Below, piece by piece: positions 1 to 12,000 of a DNA stretch of 46,126 bases. The stretch covers positions 1-46,126 of the forward strand of contig CAZEBD010000001.1 in assembly GCA_964510625.1 (NCBI GenBank), in the 5' to 3' direction. The stretch's first letter is position 1. Every line of letters begins with the position of its first letter. Made by a program: the position numbers and the translations under genes. The DNA comes from an uncultured Planctomycetales bacterium. Its GTDB lineage: Bacteria > Omnitrophota > Gorgyraeia > Gygaellales > Profunditerraquicolaceae. Below the pieces are notes generated by a model, which saw only the letters and a list, made by a program, of their open reading frames with translations, ran no database searches and was not told the origin of the DNA.

Positions 1-3000
1 ATATTCAACCATTGAGTAAAATATTGCTCGGCTTCCCAGTCGCCCAAGGTTTTAAGTTTACTAATTGCTTTTCCCATGCTTTTTTCATCATTTTGATTAG
101 CACACTTTAATATCCCCCTTAACTCTTTATATTTTTCTTGAGAAATCATCCTTCCCTGTGGACCAGAGTATAGCCAGTTTATCGCTGCCCGGAAGAATTC
201 TTTACCTTCCCCAGTTCCTAAAATGGTAGGCAGATGCTTACGCGCTTCTCTCATAGTCCTAACCTTGTGGTATCCCATAATACGCGACATATCCTCTTCT
301 ACCACTCTAAAGAGTAGATAAACAACTGCACGGAAAGAAACCCTGAAGTTTAGAAGCATTATTGGGATCGCGATAAATATCACTGCTAAAATGGGTAATG
401 AGGGGACGCAGAATATTAAGGCAACAGTCCAGGTAATAATATTCCATATTAACCATGCACCGATCGCCGCTTTCCAGAAACGTGAAGCTATTTTATTCTG
501 TGCCTTATCTGAATCTGTTAACTCCTTCTTAGCATTTTCATCCAGTTTAAAACGGAACAATGCTGTTAAGAAATACCGAAAAGGATAAATAAAGAACTGG
601 AATACAAAAGTAGATATAGGATAGGTATAATGTATAAGACCATCTTTTTTTCTCATTTCTTTTAGGGTATCTCTAATTTTATCTATTAAAAGCTCACAAA
701 GCATACGTTGTTCCTGAGTAAGAGTAGCATAATTCCAACTTACAGGAGGAACTAGCGCTTTGCTATCTATTAACTTCTGCAAATCCAATTCGACTATGGG
801 ATCTTTACCTGCTTTTGAGAAACGTTTGAATAGATCTTTAAATTCTCCGGTGCTAAAAATATAACCACCTTTAAACTTATAAAACCCTTTTGCTCTTAAT
901 AGGTCTAGAATGGAACCAATTCCGCTATGGTAACCAATAATGGACTTCCAAAACACTATTTGTTTGTCAATAAAATCTACATCAATTATGGCTAAGGTTA
1001 TTTGAAATGTTTTGTTTCCAAACCTATTATAATTAGCACGAATTGTATAAGTATTGCCGTGATTATTCGGATTGATTGTTCTAGAGTTTCTCTTTATCCA
1101 CTGATCCAAAGCCTTGGCCTGCTCGGCATCAAGATTGCCATCAGGTATTGCTACTACTCTTTCTCCCGCTGCAGGATTAATTCTTCCTGCTACCCTATCT
1201 TGCGCGTATTGTATAGTTTTCTCTTCTAAATAATCAATAAAAGGCGTAAGGAAATTGAAATCAGCAATATATTTCTCTAACCAGACTCTGTAGGCATTTT
1301 TCTTCTTAATTGCGCCAAGATTCGGCTGTATTCTATGGTCAACACCCTGAGCCAACCTTACTAACTTTTTATTAGTTATACCGAATAGTCTAGATAACCA
1401 AGACCCTGACCAGACACCCAGTCTTAATAATATAAAGATGAAAACAAGACCTACGGCTGTTGCTAATAGGATGGCGATTGAAGGTAGATAATTATGCCCT
1501 CTAGTTAAATTATGGCCAGTACTATTTTGAGGAATATGTTTCTGGAATTGAACTTTTAAATACTCTACGAAGCTATTCAAGGCACTGCCATTCTTATAAT
1601 CTTTCCAAAGCACAGGATTATATTTATCTGCTTTTTCGAAAATTGTTATACCGTATTTAAAGTAAGTTCCATCTCTTTGGGCCAACTTTTCCGCTTCGGC
1701 TTGCTCCATAGTTTGAATCCGCGGTGAATTTTTATCAATTTGAACGCCGTTAACAAAGTTAACTGCATCATAAGCTTCCCCGCTGTCATTTATATTTCTT
1801 GCAAAAATCCAATATTCGCCGGGTTTATCATTAAGAAATACTATATAATAATTATAAAGCGGACCTTTCGACGACTCGATTACACCATTCGTATCAGTAA
1901 CCTCGGATTTAAGAGGCAGCTCTTGACCATCAAAATACACCTTTACAGCAGGATTCCTGCTCCAAGTACCTTCATTAACTTGATAATACAATCTGCCGTC
2001 CATGCGAAGAGCAATCTGGGTTATTGATTCTCGGGCGGGATCTTCATACTTAGTATCATATACCCTGATCTTTTCACCATTACTATCTGTTTCAATACTA
2101 AAGTTATATACCCTACCGGTTATGCTGTTAGTATTATTATCAAATTCAAATGTATTCTCATATCCTCTCTTTTCATTAGACCAATTAATATTAATCACTG
2201 TATGATAATTATCCTTCATCATTACATAATCCTTAGTCGGGCTGCTGGGTAGATAATAATAGTATTCAATCTTGCCGCTTCTTCCGGTAGAGGCATCAGC
2301 ATAGGTGCGCTTTACTTCTCTGAAGTTCGTATTCAACAAGGTATTCTTATCAGCATCGGTCATACCGTTCTGTTCCAGCTGAGCTAAGATTTGCTGTCTG
2401 GCTTCCTCAGATGCAATCCCTGGGAAGGCTTTCCCACCTATAGTCTGATTCGTATAGGCCAGGAATTCCTCTCCATCAATAACGTTATACATAGAGGTGG
2501 CTACCGCTTCATCTCTGGTTTTAGACCATTGATCAACTTTTAAGCGGGTTTCAGGCACCCAGCGAACATTAATATCCACAGACTCGCCTTTTTCACCCTG
2601 CGGGGCTTTATATGGAGTGGCCAAGGTTTCAAAATGCCCATGCTCCTCATAAACAAAATCACCTAATACACGTACATCCGCATACTGCCAGCGATACCAT
2701 ACCTCCCCAGTATTGGGATCACGGTAACGCACACGGTAGTGCTGAATATCGGTATCAGCAGGCAGGCCATATTCCTTATCACCATTATCGGTATTAAGTA
2801 TTTCCAATACTTTCTGTCCACTGGCTTTATCCACAAAATATCCCGATAATGCCATTGGGCTTAATTCCATAAATCTGGAGGTAATAAATACCGTGCCTCT
2901 ATCAATAGCCAGGATTCTGCCGTAAGAATCGCCGGGGACAGAATATTCAATAAAGGTAGAATCACCTAATTTTGCATCAGTAGCCACCATTTCAAAGTCA

Positions 3001-6000
3001 TCGGGGACCAGCTTGTTAATCTCATCATCGGTCAGCTCATCAACCTCTGTTGGGGTTAAATTACCTATGGTCTGAGCGATTGCCCTCTTTAAATCCATCT
3101 TCTGCTCTGCGTTTAAATTAAGGTCTTGAGCAACAGTTTTAACCTCCACTCCAGCCACCAGGCCGTTCTCATCTAACTGTGCCTTCATCTGCTTAATTGC
3201 AACATAACCTTTATCTTCACCTTGCCATTTAAGAACATAGGCAACCTTCGGCTGATAAACATTCTGAGTATCAAAGCTGTCTACCAGGTAGATATCTTCG
3301 CCACTTAAAGAAACCTCAAGCCACGTTCTGCCAAAGTCATCTCCAGGTTCACGATACAGATAACCGGTCGGAACGCCATCGCGGGATAAGGTCTGGAATT
3401 TAGTTAAATTACTCTTCTCGAATTTCACATATTTATTTTCTGAGGCTGCCCAAGGATTGTAGAACTCAAACTCGGTCTTTAAATGAACCTGGCCGGCAAA
3501 ATCGGTAATTATACCGTAAGCCGGTAACAGATACGGAATATTCGGGACTTTTTTGAAGTAAGAGAAAACCCGCTGGTAATGATCAACCGCTGATTGCTCC
3601 TCGTTAACCGGTTCTGCCTCCTGACGGTACACATTAATATCGCCGCTTGCTGTAGCCGTATCGATCATAGCCTCAACTTTATTCGTAAAATTCTCGCCGT
3701 TAAAAGAACCACCCAGCCATTTCATATTCGGAGAGAACAGTTTATTTAGGGCATCTTCCTTATTCCAAATCGCCTGCATTGTACCAACTACTTCTTTAGG
3801 CTCACCTTTGACATTCCACCAGCCAAACCACTCCTCATTACCGAAATTGTCATAGGGGACTCCGAAATGAGTACCATAATTATCCTGAACCTTCGGGTCA
3901 GCTGTAGATTTCCACCACTCATCAAATGCCTCCATATAGGTTACGCCTAAAATGTCGGCATTCTTAGCAGCTTGCCAAATATTAGCGGCGGCCTTGGCTT
4001 GGCCAGCCTGATCTTCTTTCTGTAAATACTCATTCCAGGAATCAGCACCGCTTTCAGACAGATAGATTCCTTTGCCATTTGCTAGCTTTTTAGCTTCCAG
4101 TAAGATTTCCGTAGGATTATCCCATTGATAGATATTTAAACCCCAGATATCGGCTGAAGGCACATCCGATACCGCTGCGGAGAAATCCCCATCAATACTA
4201 CCGGTGCCGCTATAACCAAAGCTGCAGGAAACAGCATGATTTGGATCAATCTGCTTGATAAAACCGGCTGCTTTTTCCGCTTCTATATACCAATTATCAA
4301 TATTATTATCGAACCATTCCGGATGGTAATTATATTCGTTTCCTAATTCCCAGATAAAGGCGGCGGGATGATCCTTATACATTGCGACATAATTAAGGAA
4401 GGTACGACTCTTGATATCCTGGCCGGGATTATTACGGTCATCAAGATTCGGAATAACCTGAATTACCTTAATATGATGATTAGCCAAAGCATCCCATAAA
4501 TCGCCGGTCATCGTATTATAAACGCGGACTACATTAATACGGTTCTGCTCCATCTGATCAAGAAGCTCATTAGCAGCTTTAATCTTATCAGCCGAAGAAG
4601 CTTCTGTACCAGCTTTTAATTCGCCTAAAGACTCAAGACTTAAGAAAATATCTTGACGATCAGTCCAGGGAACACCGAAAGACAACGTAACACCATGAAA
4701 CTTATCAGAACTATTAGCTGACCAGGCTTGCTGATCAAAAGCCGTTTGCTCTAAAGCAGGGGTGTGAAAATAATACTCCATATCGATAGTCTTGGTTTCA
4801 ACATTTTCTTTCGGGAAAGTAAATTCAGGATATGTAAAATTAACTTTATCTTTAGTAATTGTCATGCGCGGATCGCCATGCACGCCATCATAAAGAAGAT
4901 AAATTACTTCTCCGGTGCCGGCCATAATCTTCTCATAAACGGAAAACTTAACAATCCCTTCATTACCTAAGTTAGCAATAAATTCATTGGTGGTATTATT
5001 AATATTATCGGTCCGCTGGGTCTTAGTATTCGAATTAGTTTCCGAATAGTAAAATTCAACGCCAAACTTAGACATAAAATTACGTAATTGGTATAAGAAT
5101 ACATCATCTACTCCGATATTAAGCGGATCCTTAATATATCTTGCTGAAGAAACCGGATACACATTACCTTCCAAATCCTTAATTTTGGTAGTCTTAAATT
5201 TCACCCTTAATTCTTCTTTGCCATTCACAACTACTACCCGGCTATATTCTTCATCAGTAATAATGGTATAACCGGTATATGCCTGGGCCTTTTCGGTATG
5301 CTTATAGTAGAAACCATAATCCGGAATAACATAGGCTCCATTCTCACCGAAATTCGGATCAAAAACAGCGACTTGGGAATATGTAAATGTTTCAATCCTG
5401 CTGGCAGATTTTTCTCCGCTCCATCTAATTTCAATCGGCCGCCAGAGTACCGGATACTGTTTCATGGTATTCCAAGGCTGCCACTGCCAGCCGTAAATCT
5501 GGGCTTGGGCGTTGATAGATTGATGTTTGGCGGTGATGTTCTGGGCCTTGGCGGTGATGTTCTGGGCCTTGGCGGTGATGTTCTGGGCCTTGGCGGTGAA
5601 TTCTAAGGCAGCAGCGATATACTTAATCTCGTTGGAGATAGCTTCTCTTAATTTTTTCACCTCCTCCTTAAATTGGTCCACGGTAGCTTGCTTGGCATCT
5701 AATGTATCTTGGGCTACAGAAAGATCGTAAGGAGTAACATGAGAATCCGGATTAAAATTGAATCCCCACTGTTTAACAAGCTCGTCATATTTTGCTTTAA
5801 GATCATTATAATTTTTCTCTAAGTTAACGATTAAATCCTTCTGGTCATTTATATCAGCCTGCGCTTTATCCATTACCTCTTTAGCGGCGGCAATCGCCGG
5901 ATCGGCAAGATTTGCGCTGGCTGTTTCGTATGCGGCCTTAGCATTATTATAATCAATCTCCTTCTGGTCGCGAATGATCTTGGCCGCATCTATTTCTACC

Positions 6001-9000
6001 ATCAAGTCTGAAACTACTCTATTAGCGTCATTTACCTGTTTCGACAGGTCAGCGGCATTCTGCTCGGCAATTGTCAATTCAGCTTGCGCATTATCCATGG
6101 CTTCTTTGGCAGCAGCCACAGCCGGATCAGTCAAATCGCCGCTGGTTACATCAAATGCGGCCTTAGAATCATTATAAGCAATCTGCTTCTGATCAAGGAC
6201 GGCCTTGGCTTCAACAAATTGCTGCGATAAATCTGATACCAATTTATTTGCATCTTCTAATTTTTTCTCTAAATCAGTAATATTCTGCTCGGCAGTTGTC
6301 AATTCAGCTTGCGCATTATCCATGGCTTCTTTGGCAGCAGCCACAGCCGGATCAGCGGTTACCAGCGTTTCATATGCGGCTTTGGCATCTTCATAGGCCT
6401 GCTCTAATTCGGATAACTTGCTCTTGGCTGCTTCTAACTCTGTCTGTTTAGTTTCCATATCATATTTAGCAGTAAGAGTATCGAATTCTGCCTTGGCCTG
6501 GGTAAACTCATTCAGCGCGGCAACAAGCTTGGCCTCAGCATCCTCCAGGGCCTTACGGCCTGCGGACTTGCCAGATAAATCAGGATCATTTGAATCCTTC
6601 CAATCCTTATTCAATTGAATCTCAACCTTTAATGCTTTATTACCTAAGCCATTATAGTTAGCCGGAATAATGTGTGTTGTGCCAAGATAATTTTCATTAA
6701 AGAGGTTCTGATTGGCGTTGCTCCAGGCGATAATAGCATTTTCATCAGCATCGGTGGTAGCTTCATAGACGATGAAGACATTTAATTTGCTATTTTGTAA
6801 ACCATTATAGTTGGCCGGAATGGTGAAGACAGTGCCGTTATTGGCATTTTCTTGAGTAAAGAGGTCTTGATTGACTTTACTCCAAGCAGCAATAGCATCT
6901 TCATCGGCTGTAGTGAGGTTCTCCTGAACAATGGTAACCTTTAATACGTTATTACCTAAACCGTTGTAATCGGCTTCGATAGTATAAACAATGCTGTTGT
7001 TGGCATTTTCTTGAGTAAAGAGGTCTTGATTGACTTTACTCCAAGCAGCAATAGCATCTTCATCGGCTGTAGTGAGGTTCTCCTGAACAATCATTACATC
7101 CAGCTTCTTATTGCCTAAGCCGTTATAATTTGCCTCGATGGTATAGACGGCGTTGTTGTTGGCATTTTCTTCGGTGAAGAGATCTTTATGGGCATCGCTC
7201 CAGGCGGCAATGGCGTTTTCATCGGCTGTAGTGAGGTTCTCCTGTACGATGGTTACCTTTAATTCATCATTGTTTAAACCGTTGTATTTCTCCGGAATGG
7301 TGTAAACGATATTAGTATTAGCGTTGGCTTCGGTGAAGAGATCTTGATTATCCTTGCTCCATGCCGCGACAGCAGCTTCATTCTCCGGGCTGAGATCCTC
7401 CTGGACAATCATTATATCCAACTTCTTATTTACTAAACCATTGTAATCGGCGTCGATGGTATAAACAGTACTGCTCTTGGCGTTGGCTTCGGTGAAGAGA
7501 TCTTTATGAACATCACTCCAGGCGGCAATGGCGTTTTCATCGGCTGTAGTGAGGTTCTCCTGGACGATGATTACTTTTAATTCTTTATTACTCAAACCAT
7601 TGTAATTTTCAGGAATGGTATAGACGATATTGGTATTGGCATTCTTTTCGGTGAAAAGATCTTTATTAACCTTGCTCCAGGCTTTGATCGCATCTTCATC
7701 GGCCTGAGTAAGACCCTCTTTCACGATCATAACATTCAGCTTTTCATTACCAAGATTACTGTAGTTAGCAGGAATGGTGTAAACTACATTAAGATTTCCG
7801 CTAGTGAATAAGGCAGGATGATCTTCACCCCAAGCGGTAATGGCAGCTTGAGCGGCAGCCTTATCTTCTGAATTTGTCCACCAGTCATATATACCCCAAA
7901 CCCAATCTCCCTTATTTCCGGATACGCGCTGGCCAACAGTGCCTTGGTATGAAGGCAACGCGCTATAATCCGGATCCTTTTGCTGTTTCTCCACAGGCAA
8001 CGGAACTTCTTTAACCAAATCTTCCCTTGTTACATAAATCGGCACATTTTTATCATAGGTGACAACTCCAGTTTCGATAACCTTACCATTCTCATCATAA
8101 TTAAGGATGGTTCCGGTTAATCCATCTGCGCTATACTTATATTCTTGGCGGATTCTCCCCTGCCCATCTTTTATGAATGAATAACGGCCCTGATTATCAT
8201 AAGAAACCTGCGGATTATCAATATTTAAACCGCCATAGCCGATATCATCGGTGTCGCTCTCTATAATATCCTGAATTTTGGAGAATTCGCCTGTACCCTG
8301 CTGCGTCTCAGTAATAGCAGCTGTTAAAGCTGTAGAATTACCCGCAAAACTATTAAGAGTAGTTGCGAATACGGAACTAGCAATAATGAATGCAAAAACT
8401 AGATTAACAACACCCCTCTTTGTAAGAATATTCTTGAAGGTGCCGCTTAACTCGTCGATTAAGCCATAACCGATGAATTTGATGGTAAATGATAAATTAG
8501 ACAAACGGGATTTAACAGCAGCTTTTAAAGTCGCTGCAGCTGCCCCTGCATTTTTATTTTTAAACGCTTGGGCCTGAGCGACAATAGCTTTTCTTTCAGT
8601 GGCCTGGGCCTCATGCAGCTGAACCTGATTGCGGACAGCCTCATCTTCAATTTCCACGCTGTAGCTGATCTGGCCATCTTTGCGGGAAGCGATAGGATAG
8701 AATAAAGCGCGGATATTTCTGATTACCGGAGGAGCCCTAATACCGTTGGTACGCTCTATATGATTTAAAGCAATTCTATAGGTAGCCAGGCCCATTCTAA
8801 CGAAATCCTTAGCCACTGACGGATAGCGCAGAGCACCCACAAACTGGCCAACCGGGCGCCAATTGTGCCCACGGCTACTGCGGCTTCTTGCATAAGAGAT
8901 ATTGGCGATAACAAAGATGGCTAAAGAACCTAATCCAGCGGCGACAAAATCTAACCAGTCAAAAGTACCATGAATCCAACCTAACCCTTGCGCTAATTCC

Positions 9001-12000
9001 GTTCCGGCAGAAAAAGTAAATAAGCTTACCGCGGCTTTAAATACTAAAGCCCGATACTTATTATGAGAAACGCTCAGCGCAGCTAAAGCTCCCTTTTTGA
9101 AGAATACAGGAGCGCCTGAAATGATTACTGCGCTCCAAACAATCGGACCTAAGAAATCCTGGGAATAACCGTGCGGCGGAAGCGTCCATCCGTTAAAGAA
9201 ATACCCGGAGATATACATCGCCAACATTATAAAATAAGAAATCAGAACAATCGGATTCATAATTACCGGTTTAATTCTCGATTCATTCTTACGGTATCTG
9301 TTTACCGCAACCAATGAAGCGCCAGTCATGAACAGAAACGCCCCAAGCAAGCCATAGTTAAATAAATATTCTATATCTAAACTATTGAAAACATCCCCGG
9401 TTGACATGACGATTGAGCCTAAGATGAAGCCCCAGGTAATCGGAGAAAATACCGAGTTAGTGTTCTTTTTGACAATCTTGAACCCATAACGTGAACGGGG
9501 AGCCGGGGCAACGATACCGCCATACTTAAGCTCAGGATAATTCTTTAAGGCTAACTTAAGCGGAGTAGCTGAGATGTGGGTAACTAAGCCATCAACAACC
9601 GGTAAATTCTTAGTTTCGTGTTTAAAATATGGGAAATCTTTAGCGTAAATTAAGAAATATTTATCGCCAAATTCCAGGCTATTATCATTGGGCCGATGCA
9701 GGAAGCTGGCGGCAAAGCCATTTTTACCAGGAGCGTTACGTAATACATTCTGGCGGGCTTTGCGGCGGTAAGATAAAAATCCTGCCGCGGCTACCGCTAA
9801 AACGGATAAATACCACAGGTAATTTAAGTTGAAACCGGCATTAGCATTAGTACCATTCGAAGCAGCCATCGCCGGGGCTACGGAGGCAAAGAACATGGTT
9901 ATTGTGGCAAGAGCGCCAGAAATTACCCTCTGGAGGAGAGGCTGGACACTCTTGCGCACAATAACAGGCGCAACTCTCTTCCCTGCCACGGTAGGAGAAG
10001 TAAGCGCCTTAATGAAATTAGTTAACCCCGTAGATTGAGTTGACTTTGTAGACTGGGACAAGCGTGCGGGCTTCCTCGATGCGGCTTTTGACGTCGGCGG
10101 CGAGCGGCCCGACCAATTCGTGCCAAGTCCCACCATTACGAACATGAACTGCACCTGAATCTTGGACCAGAAAGATTCTGATCTTATTACTACTTTGCTC
10201 ACGGGCTGTAGCGAAGGTTGAATAATTCTTGGTGTAGTCAACGATGTGGTCCATACGGATGTCTTCGATCTTGATTGGGCACATGTTACACCTCCTTTTA
10301 CAAAAATAGCCGTAACTACTATTCCTAATAAGGAAATAATAGCAGACGGCAAGGTTAAAGTAATTTGACTGAGAATTACTGCGATTTGGAAAGCGATTGT
10401 AGCGAGGCTGGCGGCCACGGCATGGGCGCGCACAAACTGCACGCCCTGTTTGGCCAAGCTGCTAAATGTTTTATAAAGACGGTTTAATTGCTCAGCTTTT
10501 CTACTGAAATACTGCGCAAATTCATCATTTCCAGAATCGCGGCCTGTCTTAATTCCTGAAGTCTGCGTATTCTGTACTGCGTGTCTATCGCTGCTAATTC
10601 TTCTCTCATTTTTAATATGTCTTCCATTTTCATTTCTCCTCTCCTTGATTACGTTGGTTAATTGATTAATTGCATTTGCTACAAAACGCGCAACTAAACC
10701 AACAACCGGAGGAGCTAAGGAAATAATGGCGCTTCCAATGCCTACCAGCTTGGAAATAATTAATGACTGCCCTTCTTCTTTTACTTCGGATTTAGAAACT
10801 TTGTTTGAAATTAACTTTCTTACGGAAGCGATTAAACCGGTAATCACGGTGTGGGAATTGGCTGACTTAACACCATTGGAAGCCGCTAATGAACCGGCAA
10901 CGGGCAGGCCGGCCGGAACATCCACAGTATCGGCAACCGGTAAAACTTCGATTGCGTTAGATAATTCTCTGGAAACGTTAGCTAAGAATGAAACTACTGC
11001 ATTAACCGCATTGGACAAGCTTACCGCTACTGTGTTAACCGCTGCCTGAACGGCTGTAGTTTTATTCTCAGTTCCGGTTGTTTGACCGTTGGTAATTGCC
11101 CTACCTAATTCATACAGCTGAGCCACTAATATAGGTAAGCTGATTAAGAATGAACCGATCCGGCTCAATGCTCCGGTTACGCTGGAGAATAAGGCACCAG
11201 CAATGTTAGCTAACCCTGCGCGGGCTTCTCCGAAGGCTAACTTAATCGCGTTAACCACGATTTCTGCGCCCTGAGCATATCCGCCCACGGAATTATCTAA
11301 GATATTTAAAACGTTATTTAAGATTTCAGAGGCTACGGTGTTCTCATTAGTTAAAGATATGCGCCCAGCGGCTAAATTGATGCGAGTAGAATTAACTTTG
11401 TTCTCTCTGGCCTTTAATGCTTCGGCTCTGACATAAGATTCCTCTTTCAGGGTGTTGATAAACTCATCGGTTTCGTTGAGTAATATAAAGGTATTGGTAA
11501 GCTCAATCATGGAAGCATAAGGAAGGCCATAACGATGAGCGATTAAGCGGGCAGCGCGGAAATAACGGCCATGCAGGTTATTTAACCCACGGTTCTTGAT
11601 TGCTCCGATGAGCTTCTTAAGCAGGGCAGCAGCGATATCATCATCTTCGCGGCGGCGGGCTATCATATCGAAATGTATTACGAATAATGCCGGGTTGTTA
11701 GCAATTCTGTCTAAGGCGATAATAGTGTCGTTCAGGGCCTTAATCGCATTGCGCAGCTGGGCAGCTGTATAGCGGGAAACTATGTTATTACGGAAAGCTG
11801 TTCTTGCTAACTCTCTTTCTAAATTATCCTTTAAATTGCGCAAGGCATTAGAAAGATCATTGAATATTCCGGCCGGAGGAGCGCGGCTATTGCTGGTTAC
11901 CTTGTCAGAAGTATCAGCTCTTGGATGCTCCATGGTTACTTTGCCTGTCTGAGGTAAACCTTCAACTCTATTTGCATTAGGTAAGTTGCCAACATTCTTG

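Noticed and set aside
5234-5434. Minus-strand 66-aa ORF; the same applies to 25334..25537 (67 aa)
   Set aside because: Both are out of frame within the giant ORF, have no SD, and translate to low-complexity sequence (LCLVLCLRLCLRLCL mirrors the 12-bp microrepeat). Unlike 10018..10284, they show no compositional island or RBS.
8040-8280. YD-type repeats as evidence for an Rhs/Tc-toxin shell
   Set aside because: Only about 2-3 YD-like motifs are present. There is no long YD array, no RHS core (PxxxxDPxGL) and no downstream toxin/immunity pair visible, so I report it only as a minor module of the giant protein.
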